Shown: one piece after another, positions 27,676-37,462 of the stretch
Position numbering within the stretch: position 1 is the stretch's first letter
Layout of the letters: each line of letters opens with the position of its first letter
Source: an uncultured archaeon
Lineage (GTDB): Archaea; Asgardarchaeota; Thorarchaeia; Thorarchaeales; Thorarchaeaceae
Length of the DNA: 64,000 bases
Direction: 5' to 3'
NCBI GenBank assembly: GCA_964558645.1
Contig: CAZLEV010000005.1
Location: forward strand, 64,001-128,000
The notes under the pieces: generated by a model
What the model was told of the DNA's origin: nothing
Database searches by the model: none
Seen by the model: only the letters and a program-made list of their open reading frames with translations
Position numbers and translations under genes: made by a program

Positions 27676-28563
27676 ATGTTCCTGGGTATCAGCTATCATG
27701 AGAACATCAACAACTGGGCAACTAAGACTTTGTTGGAGGCGATGAAGGCCAAAGGTCATGATGTCTTGGCATTCAGGCTGCCGGATGTGGCTGCGGAGAT
27801 ACCCAACAAGTTCACTCATCTCGAAGACGAAGACATAACGCACATGGATGGGTTGATTGTTCGCACGGTAGGATTCGGAACAGGGGACCAGATAACTTTC
27901 CGCATCAGCCTCTTGGAGCACTTTGAGGACGCGGGCATCTACGTGATGAACCCAGCTTACTCCTTCAGAAGAGCCAAGGACAAGTATGCAACACTTACTA
28001 CTCTCAATAAGGCGGGTATCAGGGTACCGAAGACGTACATCGGCGAGAACCTAGAGGCGGCCATTGAGTTCGTGGAAGAAGTTGGAGATGTTGTTATCAA
28101 GCCGTTGATAGGTGCTAGAGGACTGGGAGCGATAAGGGCTCAACAAGAAGAGCTCACGTATCGTGCAATGAAGTTCATTCATCAGCTCGGGCAGGTCTTG
28201 TATGTACAAGAGATGATTGAGAAACCTGACCGAGATATTCGCGCGTTTGTGATAGGGGATCAAATGGTTGGCGCGATGTATCGGTATCTCCCTGAGGGGG
28301 CTGAAGATGAATGGCGAACCAACGTTCATGGTGGCGGACGCGCAGAAGTGGCAGACCTCGATGATGAATACATCGAGTGCGCAATCAAGACTGCCAAAGT
28401 GATGAAACTGGACTACACTGGTGTAGACATCATAGAATCACCTGATGGTCCATGTGTCATAGAAGCAAACGCAGCCCCTTCATGGAGTGCGCTATCGAGA
28501 GTCACAGACTTGGATGTGGCCTCGATGATTGTGGACAGATTGGTTGACCGGTGCAAGAGATGA
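27676..28563 (+). CDS. RimK/LysX/MptN-family ATP-grasp glutamate ligase
   Basis: KDKYAT, VIKPLIGARGLG, YVQE, DRDIRAFVIG, WRTNVHGGG, GVD and EANAAP. Confidence 0.9.
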   Translation: MFLGISYHENINNWATKTLLEAMKAKGHDVLAFRLPDVAAEIPNKFTHLEDEDITHMDGLIVRTVGFGTGDQITFRISLLEHFEDAGIYVMNPAYSFRRAKDKYATLTTLNKAGIRVPKTYIGENLEAAIEFVEEVGDVVIKPLIGARGLGAIRAQQEELTYRAMKFIHQLGQVLYVQEMIEKPDRDIRAFVIGDQMVGAMYRYLPEGAEDEWRTNVHGGGRAEVADLDDEYIECAIKTAKVMKLDYTGVDIIESPDGPCVIEANAAPSWSALSRVTDLDVASMIVDRLVDRCKR

Positions 28564-28586
28564 TTCTACTCCATCTCTACAAGGTT

Positions 28587-29342
28587 CTATTCTGTCTTCT
28601 TGGCAGCTGCCTCGACTTTCTTGACAAGGGCATCTACCTCATCGTCTGACAGAATGCGGAATCTCATCTCTTCAGAGTCAATCATTCCAACTTCGATCTG
28701 TGTACCCGAGTCTTCGTCAGAAGCGGAGCGGTCACCTGAAGCCTTCCTTATACCTGCCAGAGCAAGGTCAACAGCTTGATCTAGCTTGATTTTCTTCTTG
28801 TACTTGTCTTTGAAGAAATCGCGAACCATATCAGAGTCCTTGCCAATGGCTGTCGCCTTCCAGCCCCAAAATGACCCTGAGGGGTCGGTAGTGTATAGTT
28901 GTGGCCCGCTCTCGTCTATACCACCAACAATCAATGAAACGCCAAATGGCCTGACACCACCATACTGCGTGTGAAGCTGTTTGGTGTCACAGATGTCAAC
29001 AACGAGTGAATGAATCGATATAGGTTCATCATAACTCAAGCGATTGACTTGAGCCTGTACACGTGCCTGGTCAATGAGTTTTCTCGCGTCGGCATGCAGC
29101 CCTGCAATTCCTGTACCGACGTGGTCATCAATGATGAGGATTTTCTTCAGCGTGTCCAAATCAACCAGTGAATGGGGGGATCGCTTCTCGCCCGCGAGTA
29201 CAACTCCGTCTACAGCCTTCACACCAACAGCAAGAGGACCGTGCCGCACTGCCTCTGTTGCATATTCGACTTGGTAGAGTCGACCCTCAGGACTGAAAAC
29301 TGTGATTGCCCTATCGTAACCCATACTCTGTTGTGGAAACAT
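28587..29342 (-). CDS. psmA: 20S proteasome alpha subunit
   Basis: GYDRAITVFSPEGRLYQVEYA, RPFGVSLIVGG and TDPSG. Confidence 0.96.
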   Translation of the reverse strand: MFPQQSMGYDRAITVFSPEGRLYQVEYATEAVRHGPLAVGVKAVDGVVLAGEKRSPHSLVDLDTLKKILIIDDHVGTGIAGLHADARKLIDQARVQAQVNRLSYDEPISIHSLVVDICDTKQLHTQYGGVRPFGVSLIVGGIDESGPQLYTTDPSGSFWGWKATAIGKDSDMVRDFFKDKYKKKIKLDQAVDLALAGIRKASGDRSASDEDSGTQIEVGMIDSEEMRFRILSDDEVDALVKKVEAAAKKTE

Positions 29343-29453
29343 GCTTAGATATCACTCCAAGAGTGTCTAGCCTTCTGGCTGACTTGGTCAAAGAAACGAC
29401 AAGTGCAGGCAGTTTAAAAGGTTGTCTGTGTGTTTGTTTGACAGTTTGGAGTT

Positions 29454-30149
29454 CTATCGCCACTCCAGTCTCACATCAATTCCAGAGGGTGCCGAAGACA
29501 CAACCGAATCGAGCTCTTCCACATCGGGAGCTGTGAAGTCTTTGACCTCTTCAGGTCGAGTGCCATCAGAAGCCCGGTAGTTCTGGACCAGGTATGTCCC
29601 CTCGAAGCCCATGAATGAGAGTGTTTCCATAATGCCTGCAATGTCTTCGGGGGTCATGAGTGTGCCAACGTAAGTTGTTCGAGGCCAGAATGCCACGTCT
29701 GAGTCCATGAGCATTGTGATGCTTTTCTTCACCCTTGGCCACGGGTCCCCTCTGGTTCGGGCAATGGCCCGATACTTCTGAGGTATGGTCTTGAAATCAA
29801 GCCACACCGAATCCAGATAGGGCAAAGATCTCTCAAGGACAGTCGGAACTGAACCCTGAGTATTGAGGTTGATATGCTTGTCGGGATCCAGTGCCAGAAT
29901 CTTGAGCAGGTCAGGTAGATCCTTGTATACAGTTGGCTCTCCTCCCGTTATACAGTACCCGTCTGTCAGGTGCCCTTGAGCCTCGACAGCAATCTGTTCG
30001 GGAGTTCGCTCAATACCGGAGTCAAGGGGTATGAGCTCTGCATTCTGGCAGTATGGACAGTCAAAATTGCATCCTGCAGTGAAGATGACCGTAACCGGGA
30101 TATCGGGAACATCTACCAGGCTAATGTCTATCACTGTCCCCAGTCTCAT
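29454..30149 (-). CDS. Radical SAM protein, glycyl-radical activase (NrdG/PflA)-like
   Basis: GCNFDCPYCQN and ITGGEPT. Confidence 0.85.
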   Translation of the reverse strand: MRLGTVIDISLVDVPDIPVTVIFTAGCNFDCPYCQNAELIPLDSGIERTPEQIAVEAQGHLTDGYCITGGEPTVYKDLPDLLKILALDPDKHINLNTQGSVPTVLERSLPYLDSVWLDFKTIPQKYRAIARTRGDPWPRVKKSITMLMDSDVAFWPRTTYVGTLMTPEDIAGIMETLSFMGFEGTYLVQNYRASDGTRPEEVKDFTAPDVEELDSVVSSAPSGIDVRLEWR

Positions 30150-30385
30150 AGAATCAACACCCGCTACTGGATGCTGTATCTGATGGCATTTATTTCGCGT
30201 GGTATGGTCGAGCAATCTAACCTCTCAGTAGTGGTATATTCCGAGTCTTGGGTTTGTTAGTGCTAGAGTTGTGTAGTATCTCGGTCTTCCTACTGGTCAC
30301 CATATGAGGAAACGCCTCGGAACGCCAACATATGAGTAGTAACTCATAGGAGATATTCGGTCAATCTTACTAGAATACTTAACTA

Positions 30386-30688
30386 ATGCCCTCGAGGTAT
30401 CCTTGGTTGGGACCGGAAATGGAAAGTGCTGCCATAAACAGAGACCAGATTCTCAAGAGTACCTTGTTTCACATCCAGATTAAACGATGCGAATACATCG
30501 ATGATTTCCCAGAGGCTGTCACATCGATCTTCCAGAAGATGATTGATGAGAATGGCATTAAGGACTACAAGGATATGAAACGCAGACTGTACCGAATCGA
30601 TACCAACTTCTTCAAGATCAACCAGGACAAGGTGAAGAAGAAGGGCTTCTTTGAGAGCCTTTATGATAGGATAGCCAAAGCGGTCTAG
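30386..30688 (+). CDS. Small hypothetical protein with a C-terminal amphipathic helix
   Basis: 100 aa; ends KKKGFFESLYDRIAKAV. Confidence 0.7.
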   Translation: MPSRYPWLGPEMESAAINRDQILKSTLFHIQIKRCEYIDDFPEAVTSIFQKMIDENGIKDYKDMKRRLYRIDTNFFKINQDKVKKKGFFESLYDRIAKAV

Positions 30689-30880
30689 ATAGGATATCCT
30701 ATACCCCTCTTGCTCATTTGGTGCAAGGCTTTGATCTGCTAGCTCTGACGCCAGTTGTGGAGCAAATCAGAATCCACATGGAAGTTGTTCAGCAAAAGCA
30801 TAGTGCTGTCATGGGAAAACAGCAAGACTAAACTCATACCCCTGCTCTCACCAGGTTGCATCCCGCGGAGTGTTCTCTCT

Positions 30881-32494
30881 GTGCAAAGCCATTTGGTAGT
30901 ATTCGAACCTGAAGGACTCAGATTGTCTGTCCAAGATGGAACCACCGTGCTTGAAGCAGCAAGGCAAGCAGGGCTTCAAGTGGAATCACAGTGTGGTGGA
31001 AGGGGAACCTGTGGCAAATGCAGAGTATTCCTCAACCCAGCTGATAACCCAAGTGATGCAGAGGCCTCCATGCTGAGCAGACAGGAACTGGCACAAGGCA
31101 TGCGACTGGCATGCATCCAAGAGATACACAGTGATATGCGCATCGTGTTTCCCCAGGCGCTTGAGAAAGCCAAGATACTCACAGAGTCCGCCGGATGGGA
31201 TGCCCATGGAGTCCGACCAGATGGAGCCCGAGGGGAGTATGGTATCGCCATTGACTTGGGAACAACCACTGTCGTCTGTTATCTCGTGGATCTCCACGAA
31301 GGCACCCAGCTCGGACAGATGGCTTGCCTCAATCCTCAGATAATCTATGGCGAGGACGTGATGTCGAGGATAACCTACTCTCTCGAGAATGATGACGGGG
31401 GATGGCAACTTCAACAGCGAATCACCAAGAGAATAGACCAGATGATTGGAGACCTCTGCCGCGAGGCCTCTGTGGTGCCCCAGTCTGTGACCCGACTCAC
31501 AGTAGTTGGGAACACTGCGATGCATCATCTCTTCTTGGGGATAGACACCAAGACTCTAGGATTCTCACCCTATGTACCTGCAGTCTATGATGCCATGCAG
31601 ACGTCTGCCTTGGAGCTGGGAATCACAACACTCGATGCGGCAAGTGTGTACTGCCCCCCGAACATTGCAGGTTTCGTTGGCGGAGACACCGTATCGTTCA
31701 TTCTCTCCCAGAGATTCGACCAGAATGAAGGACACGTAGTCGGCATCGATATTGGCACCAACGGAGAGATCGTGATTGTGGATGAGGGGGACATCTACTG
31801 CTGTTCTGCAGCTGCCGGGTCCGCGTTCGAGGGAGCCACCATACATCAGGGAATGAGAGGACAGGAGGGAGCCATTGAATACGTCAAAATCAGGAATGCT
31901 GACGAGGCTCCTGAGATAGCAACAATTGGACGAACGAGTCCGCGGGGAATCTGTGGGTCAGCAATCGTGGACCTGGTGGCAGAGATGAGACTTACCTCGT
32001 TGCTCGATGAGAGTGGGAGATTCGGGAGATCTGAGAGAATTGAGCAGGACGAGTCCCTCGGCCGAGTCTATATTGTTGCAGATGCAGACGAGAATGGTGC
32101 CGAAGAGCGAATAGTATTCACACAGAAGGATGTCAGACAGGTTCAGCTAGCTAAGGCAGCCATCCAAGCTGGGACCAAGATTGGGCTGGCTGCTGCAGAT
32201 GTGGATCCCGAAGACATCGACATGATCTTCCTTGCAGGTGCCTTCGGCAACTACATCCGCCCCGAGAGTGCCATTGAGATAGGGCTGATTCCCTCTCTCC
32301 CTCGGCAGAGAATCTTGCCGGTGGGCAATGCGGCGGGAGACGGTGCTCGCAGGATGACACTGTCTCGCGAACAGAGAAGGATTGCCGAGAGAATCGCCGG
32401 AAGTGTGCAGTATATCGAACTAGCAGGTAGAGAAGGTTTCCAAGAAGAGTTTCTGGCCTCCACAGTGCTCAGACCTTGGGTGCTTGGCAACTAG
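30881..32494 (+). CDS. ASKHA-type ATPase with an N-terminal [2Fe-2S] ferredoxin (RACo/RamA-like corrinoid reductive activator)
   Basis: CGGRGTCGKC..RLAC, IDLGTT, YGEDVMSRI, DIGTNGE, GICGS and AGAFG. GTG at 30881 follows GGAGTG. Confidence 0.92.
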   Translation: MQSHLVVFEPEGLRLSVQDGTTVLEAARQAGLQVESQCGGRGTCGKCRVFLNPADNPSDAEASMLSRQELAQGMRLACIQEIHSDMRIVFPQALEKAKILTESAGWDAHGVRPDGARGEYGIAIDLGTTTVVCYLVDLHEGTQLGQMACLNPQIIYGEDVMSRITYSLENDDGGWQLQQRITKRIDQMIGDLCREASVVPQSVTRLTVVGNTAMHHLFLGIDTKTLGFSPYVPAVYDAMQTSALELGITTLDAASVYCPPNIAGFVGGDTVSFILSQRFDQNEGHVVGIDIGTNGEIVIVDEGDIYCCSAAAGSAFEGATIHQGMRGQEGAIEYVKIRNADEAPEIATIGRTSPRGICGSAIVDLVAEMRLTSLLDESGRFGRSERIEQDESLGRVYIVADADENGAEERIVFTQKDVRQVQLAKAAIQAGTKIGLAAADVDPEDIDMIFLAGAFGNYIRPESAIEIGLIPSLPRQRILPVGNAAGDGARRMTLSREQRRIAERIAGSVQYIELAGREGFQEEFLASTVLRPWVLGN

Positions 32495-32512
32495 AGGGAC
32501 GTAAGGCTGTTT

Positions 32513-33598
32513 CTAGGGCTCTAATCCGTGAAGCGGAAAGACCAGTTTCTTCAACAGAGCGACATTCTTCCGCATGATGTCCCAGGTCTCCCTGTCATCA
32601 TGTTCGAAGGGAGGGGTCTGTGTCGGGGGAACATAGTCATTGCCAGTCAGTACTGCTAGAACCACACAGGCGCCCCACGCGAGAGAATCAGGATCATATC
32701 CACCACCAGAGAGGACGCCAAGCCTTCCGTCAGAGTATCGGTGTGCAAAGTCGTGAATCTGTTCAGCAACATACCGGATTGTGTCCATACTGAGATTCAT
32801 ATGCGTCAGGGGATCCCGATAGTGGGCGTCGAACCCCGGAAGGAACAATATGAACTCAGGCTGGAATGAATCAACGAGAGGCGGCACGAGTTCGTCGAAG
32901 GCAAACTTGTAGACATCGTCACCTGAATCCATCGGGAACCACATGTTGATGTTGTAGCCTCTGCCCTCACCCTCACCAATATCCTCTATATGCCCATCAT
33001 GGGGGTACATCCATTCAGGGTCTTCATGAAACGAGATCTGCATGACATTGGGTGATTCGTAGCAGTAGGTCTGCGTACCGTTTCCATGATGTGCATCGAA
33101 GTCTGCAATGAGAATCCTCTCGAATCCATTCAAGGTGAGTTCGTGGACAGCTGCCGCAATATCATTGAAGACACAGAAACCACCACCAGCGTCATATGTT
33201 GCGTGATGGAATCCCCCGGTTGGTGAGAAGAAGTGGTCAATAGAACCGGACAGGATAGCCCGGACTCCCCAGACGGTGGCACCGGATACGCTGAGTGCGT
33301 TCTCATAGACACCCTTGAAACCGGGAGTATCGACAGCTACATCGCCCACTCCTGACACCGATATCTCTCTGACACGGGTGATATACTCCTGGGAGTGGAC
33401 AGCCTCTAGAATGGCCCGGGGCAGTATGTCGGTCTCGATGAGTTCAACAAGCGATGGGTCAAAACACCCCGCCTCCTCTACACTCTCCTTGATGTAGGTG
33501 AAGCGATTCTTCCTGATAGGATGGCGGCGTCCGTAGTCGTGACTGTCAAATGTAGAAGACCAAAGGAAACCTGTTCTGCAGCTGCGTCCGTCTTTCAT
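32513..33598 (-). CDS. Histone deacetylase/AcuC family protein
   Basis: GGFHHA, GFCVFND, DFDAHHGNG, GFDAHYRDPL and GGGY. Confidence 0.93.
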   Translation of the reverse strand: MKDGRSCRTGFLWSSTFDSHDYGRRHPIRKNRFTYIKESVEEAGCFDPSLVELIETDILPRAILEAVHSQEYITRVREISVSGVGDVAVDTPGFKGVYENALSVSGATVWGVRAILSGSIDHFFSPTGGFHHATYDAGGGFCVFNDIAAAVHELTLNGFERILIADFDAHHGNGTQTYCYESPNVMQISFHEDPEWMYPHDGHIEDIGEGEGRGYNINMWFPMDSGDDVYKFAFDELVPPLVDSFQPEFILFLPGFDAHYRDPLTHMNLSMDTIRYVAEQIHDFAHRYSDGRLGVLSGGGYDPDSLAWGACVVLAVLTGNDYVPPTQTPPFEHDDRETWDIMRKNVALLKKLVFPLHGLEP

Positions 33599-33760
33599 CG
33601 CACGTCATTTCATTGACCGTCTTATATCGGTTGACATGTAGTCAGCCAGAAGAGTGAGGAAACTCAGAAGATGTGTCGGATCAGACGACCTTTGACAATC
33701 CTTTTCTCTCTCTGTGCCAGAAGAGCACCGTGCTGGTCGCAGTATACGAGAGGATGTCAC

Positions 33761-34564
33761 ATGGATGAACAGACAGTACAAGAGAAGTTCGGTGCGGTAC
33801 GGGATATGCTCCGAGAGAAGAGAATCGTCGTTGCATTCAGCGGAGGGGTCGACAGTACGGTACTGGCACATATTGCACGGCAAGCTGCAGCTGAGACCCT
33901 TCTCCTCACGGTCGATATGCAGACAGTTCCCCAGTTTGAGATTGAACAGGCTGTTGAGCTGGCTCAGCGTCTTGGAATAGAGCACAAGGTCATCAGATTT
34001 GACTGGACAGCCGACGCATCTCTGTCAGCCAATCCGCCAGACAGGTGCTATCACTGCAAGAGAAGTCTCGCTCGGCTCTGGTTGGAAGTCAGAGATGAGC
34101 GAGGGATGGATATGGTGGTGGAGGGAACCAATGCGAGTGACCTCAAGGGACACCGACCGGGCCTGCATGCACTGGAGGAGATGGGAGTATCTTCACCATT
34201 TCTCGCGGCAGGAATCGGAAAAGGGGAGATCCGAAAGTACGCACGTGAACACGACCTTGGCATAGCAGAGAGACCGCCTCAAGCCTGTCTAGCCACCAGG
34301 TTTCCACCAACCACCGAGATAACAGAAGAACGCCTAGCCATGATAGAAACAGTAGAGAACAAGATACGAGAGTTGTACGAACTAGACTGTGTCCGTGCAC
34401 GCTATCACGGAGAGATTGTAAGAATCGAGGTGCCTCCAGAGTACATCTTTCAGTTCGGATCTGGCTCACAGGCGCATCAACTGGTCCAAGCGGCCAAAGA
34501 GGCAGGTTTCAAGTATGTAACATTGGACCTGGAGGGCTATCGTTCGGGTTCAACCAGCGTCTAG
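33761..34564 (+). CDS. larE: ATP-dependent sulfur transferase LarE
   Basis: PP-loop AFSGGVDS, CYHCK, EGTNASD, RPG, ACLATRFP and DLEGYRSGS. Confidence 0.92.
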   Translation: MDEQTVQEKFGAVRDMLREKRIVVAFSGGVDSTVLAHIARQAAAETLLLTVDMQTVPQFEIEQAVELAQRLGIEHKVIRFDWTADASLSANPPDRCYHCKRSLARLWLEVRDERGMDMVVEGTNASDLKGHRPGLHALEEMGVSSPFLAAGIGKGEIRKYAREHDLGIAERPPQACLATRFPPTTEITEERLAMIETVENKIRELYELDCVRARYHGEIVRIEVPPEYIFQFGSGSQAHQLVQAAKEAGFKYVTLDLEGYRSGSTSV

Positions 34565-34579
34565 CGGCCGTCATCTGAG

Positions 34580-34741
34580 TCATTCAGAGCTCACTTCTTC
34601 CTCCTCTGTCCATCGCTTCACCATCCCGTAGAGGAGCTCGATCTGCTCATCAGAGAGCATCGGCAGCTTCGATACAATGAGATTCCGTTTCATCTTATGG
34701 GACACGAATTTCGCACGTAGCTCCTTACCTCTTCCAGTCAC
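34580..34741 (-). CDS. Small hypothetical protein (53 aa)
   Basis: Not in the track. GGAGTG SD, then GTG at 34741: MTGRGKELRAKFVSHKMKRNLIVSKLPMLSDEQIELLYGMVKRWTEEEEVSSE. Starts just after the peptidase stop. Confidence 0.6.
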   Translation of the reverse strand: MTGRGKELRAKFVSHKMKRNLIVSKLPMLSDEQIELLYGMVKRWTEEEEVSSE

Positions 34742-34757
34742 TTCAGCACTCCCTTCT

Positions 34758-35954
34758 CTATTCGATACATATCAGCTCGGTCTGGGGATGGGAGAGAAAC
34801 TCGCATCCCTTGGAAGTCACAACTATGTCTTCCTCAAGACTCACCTGACCATAGTTCTCTGTGGTGACATAGAGCTCCAGCGTAAAGACATTGCCCTTTT
34901 CAAGAACACCCTTCGGACTATCACCATAGCGATCCCAGAGAGGGCCCAACAACGTGCCACCATCATGAGCCTGTCGTCCAACTTGGTGGCCCAGGGCATG
35001 TTTGTATTCGTCATACCCCTGGTCTTGGACATGACCACGAGCTATGGCATCAACCTCATGCCCGACTTTGCCTGGTGCAATGAAGCGTGCTGCCGATTGG
35101 ATGGCATCCCTCACTGTCTCAAAGGCGGTTTCTACCTCTTCAGGAACGTCCTTTGGATTCCCAAAGAAGAACATTCGCTGAATGTCCGAACAGTAGTCAT
35201 TCCATCGCACTCCAAAATCGAAGTGTAACAGATGGCCTACCTTTGTCTTGTTTTCAGTGGGTCCCGAATGCCCAAACTCTTTGTCTGGACCAGCATCTAC
35301 CGCAGGATTGTGATCAGGATTCCAAGCGCTGCTAACGCCACGAGTCTCCATTGCAGCGTGGAACATCTTGTATATCTCGAGTTCGGTCATACCAACACGA
35401 ACCTTCTCCCTCATCTCATCATAGATCGACTCAGTGATCTTGACGGCCTTTCTAATCCGCTCTACTTCTGATATGGTCTTTCGACCACGGAGCTTGCTGA
35501 CGAGCTCCTCGGCACTGACTAGTCGATCATCCATCAGTGCTTCTGACAGGTAGCCCTTCAGAATCCGAAACATCCCCACAGTCAGTCCATCAGCGGCCAC
35601 ATCATTCTTGCTGTAGTTGACTGCAATCTCCTTAGGATTGAGGCGTCTCAGCTCCTCGATCAGTGGTGCTCCAACGGACTCCACGTAAGGAACCACTCTG
35701 TCGAACAGGTTCTTTGATCGTATTGCATCCGCATCGAAACTCCCGACAATTGCCACCTTCTCACCTGTCTTGGTGAAGAGCAAGCCCGATTGCCAGACCA
35801 GATCGCAGTCCAAGACCAATGGCAAGACAGGGTCTTTGATCTGTGAGGTTTCGCGAACCCATACCAGCCAAGCATCAAGCCCCAGCTCCTTCAGTATATC
35901 GCAGGCCTGATTGACCTTCTCACTCTCTATACTCGCCATTGCCGGATCACTCAC
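34758..35954 (-). CDS. pepQ: Xaa-Pro aminopeptidase/dipeptidase (M24)
   Basis: HFDFGV..YCSDIQR, HALGHQVG..AHDG, FTLE and LEEDIVVT. Confidence 0.9.
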   Translation of the reverse strand: MSDPAMASIESEKVNQACDILKELGLDAWLVWVRETSQIKDPVLPLVLDCDLVWQSGLLFTKTGEKVAIVGSFDADAIRSKNLFDRVVPYVESVGAPLIEELRRLNPKEIAVNYSKNDVAADGLTVGMFRILKGYLSEALMDDRLVSAEELVSKLRGRKTISEVERIRKAVKITESIYDEMREKVRVGMTELEIYKMFHAAMETRGVSSAWNPDHNPAVDAGPDKEFGHSGPTENKTKVGHLLHFDFGVRWNDYCSDIQRMFFFGNPKDVPEEVETAFETVRDAIQSAARFIAPGKVGHEVDAIARGHVQDQGYDEYKHALGHQVGRQAHDGGTLLGPLWDRYGDSPKGVLEKGNVFTLELYVTTENYGQVSLEEDIVVTSKGCEFLSHPQTELICIE

Positions 35955-36046
35955 TCCATCTGAGAGATGAACCCTCTGAATAATCTTCTCGAATAGAAGA
36001 ACACGACAGACTGATTAATCATACGTGAAGAACCGACACCTGAGGC

Positions 36047-36460
36047 TTGACGTTGACAGAAGACTTCACACTTCGACTTGATGCAATTCAACCAAGTCAA
36101 CTCTACATAAGCAGACTGAAGCTATCCATGGTCGAAGAGATGATAGACACACGAGGAATCGAGAAGCTTGAGCCAATTCCCATCAAGCTGCTACGGGGAC
36201 TCCTGATGGCAACTGATGGTCATACTCGCGGAGTAGCGCTGCATCGTCGAGGCCATGAAGAGGTCAAGTGTTGCTGGGAAGACACCAAACTGGACTGGAG
36301 GGCGTATTCAATATGTGTGGACTGGTGCCTTGAAGAGGGGATAACGTCTATGCTAGACCTGAACAATCGGATTGTTAATCATGATGACTTTGAGACTCTC
36401 TGGCTCGAACGCTGCCGAGTCATGCACGAAGAATTGACCAGTGATAACACTGAACAATAA
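36047..36460 (+). CDS. Stand-alone ParB/sulfiredoxin-fold protein
   Basis: IQPSQLY, PIPI and TDGHTR. Confidence 0.7.
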   Translation: MTLTEDFTLRLDAIQPSQLYISRLKLSMVEEMIDTRGIEKLEPIPIKLLRGLLMATDGHTRGVALHRRGHEEVKCCWEDTKLDWRAYSICVDWCLEEGITSMLDLNNRIVNHDDFETLWLERCRVMHEELTSDNTEQ

Positions 36461-36596
36461 CTCAGAGCCACAGAAACCGACCTCCTTGCAGGTCCATCTG
36501 ATTGAGATAGCATGTGAGCCCAATCACAGAGGAGGCTGCGGTACTTGCCTATTCTGTACACTTCCTCGAACCACATCTGGTTCCGTATACACATAG

Positions 36597-37394
36597 CTAC
36601 CGGTCTTCATCAAGATATCCCATAATATGGGCAATCTTCCGATAACTCTCTGGGAGCTCGTATTCTGGCTGAATTCTGCGGCCATGCGGCAGGCCTGAAC
36701 CAGTCTTCTCAACATGCCTAAGCCCTTCAATCAGAGAAGGCAATCTCTCTCGTGGTGCTGAGAATATCATCTCGTCTGCCTCTGCTGCAGCCGACCAACG
36801 GTCTCCGCGGCACGGTACGGCAACTTGGCAGTTTCCACTCTTAATGGCCGGAACCACAGCGTAGACACAGGCGGCGTGACTAGATAGAGAACAGGGAAGA
36901 CTATAGCCCTCCTTGTACTCCCTTGCCAGAAGCAACAGATTCAGTTGCTCAGAATTGCAGTAAATCATGATAAGGTCAGGTTCAAAGCTTGCCGATTTGA
37001 GAGGGGCCGAGACCACACCAATGTACTTGCCGAGCTCCAATCGAGGAAACTGCTCCGCATAGTGCCGACCTGCCTCCAAGGTCTCCACATCCACAGGGAA
37101 GCGATTGTGGCCCTCCAGGAAGTATTCAGGAGGCTCGGCCAGCCCATATCCTACAACAGGTTCGAAACACCAGTTGTCCTCCTTGAGCATTACAATCTCT
37201 GTTCCCTCACGTCGAGACTTCTGGTAGGCTTGACAGAGCGACAGATGATTACCGGAATCCCGGAGGGGCCTGTACGCACTCGTCGGAATGTCGCTCTCTG
37301 TCTTCAGTAGCTTCAGTGCCAGTGGATGAGACTGCAATCTCAGTTTCGCTTCAAGCTCTTCCCCATAGTTCCTGTAGTTCTCAGCTATTCCCAT
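36597..37394 (-). CDS. DUF169 family protein
   Basis: PLALK, LCQA, FEPDLIMIY, HAAC and PCRGDR. Confidence 0.85.
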   Translation of the reverse strand: MGIAENYRNYGEELEAKLRLQSHPLALKLLKTESDIPTSAYRPLRDSGNHLSLCQAYQKSRREGTEIVMLKEDNWCFEPVVGYGLAEPPEYFLEGHNRFPVDVETLEAGRHYAEQFPRLELGKYIGVVSAPLKSASFEPDLIMIYCNSEQLNLLLLAREYKEGYSLPCSLSSHAACVYAVVPAIKSGNCQVAVPCRGDRWSAAAEADEMIFSAPRERLPSLIEGLRHVEKTGSGLPHGRRIQPEYELPESYRKIAHIMGYLDEDR

Positions 37395-37462
37395 GTTTGC
37401 TCCCGTCTTTCAAGTACGAAGAGCAGTATGTGGCCCATAAAGGTACTCCCATACGATGCGGG

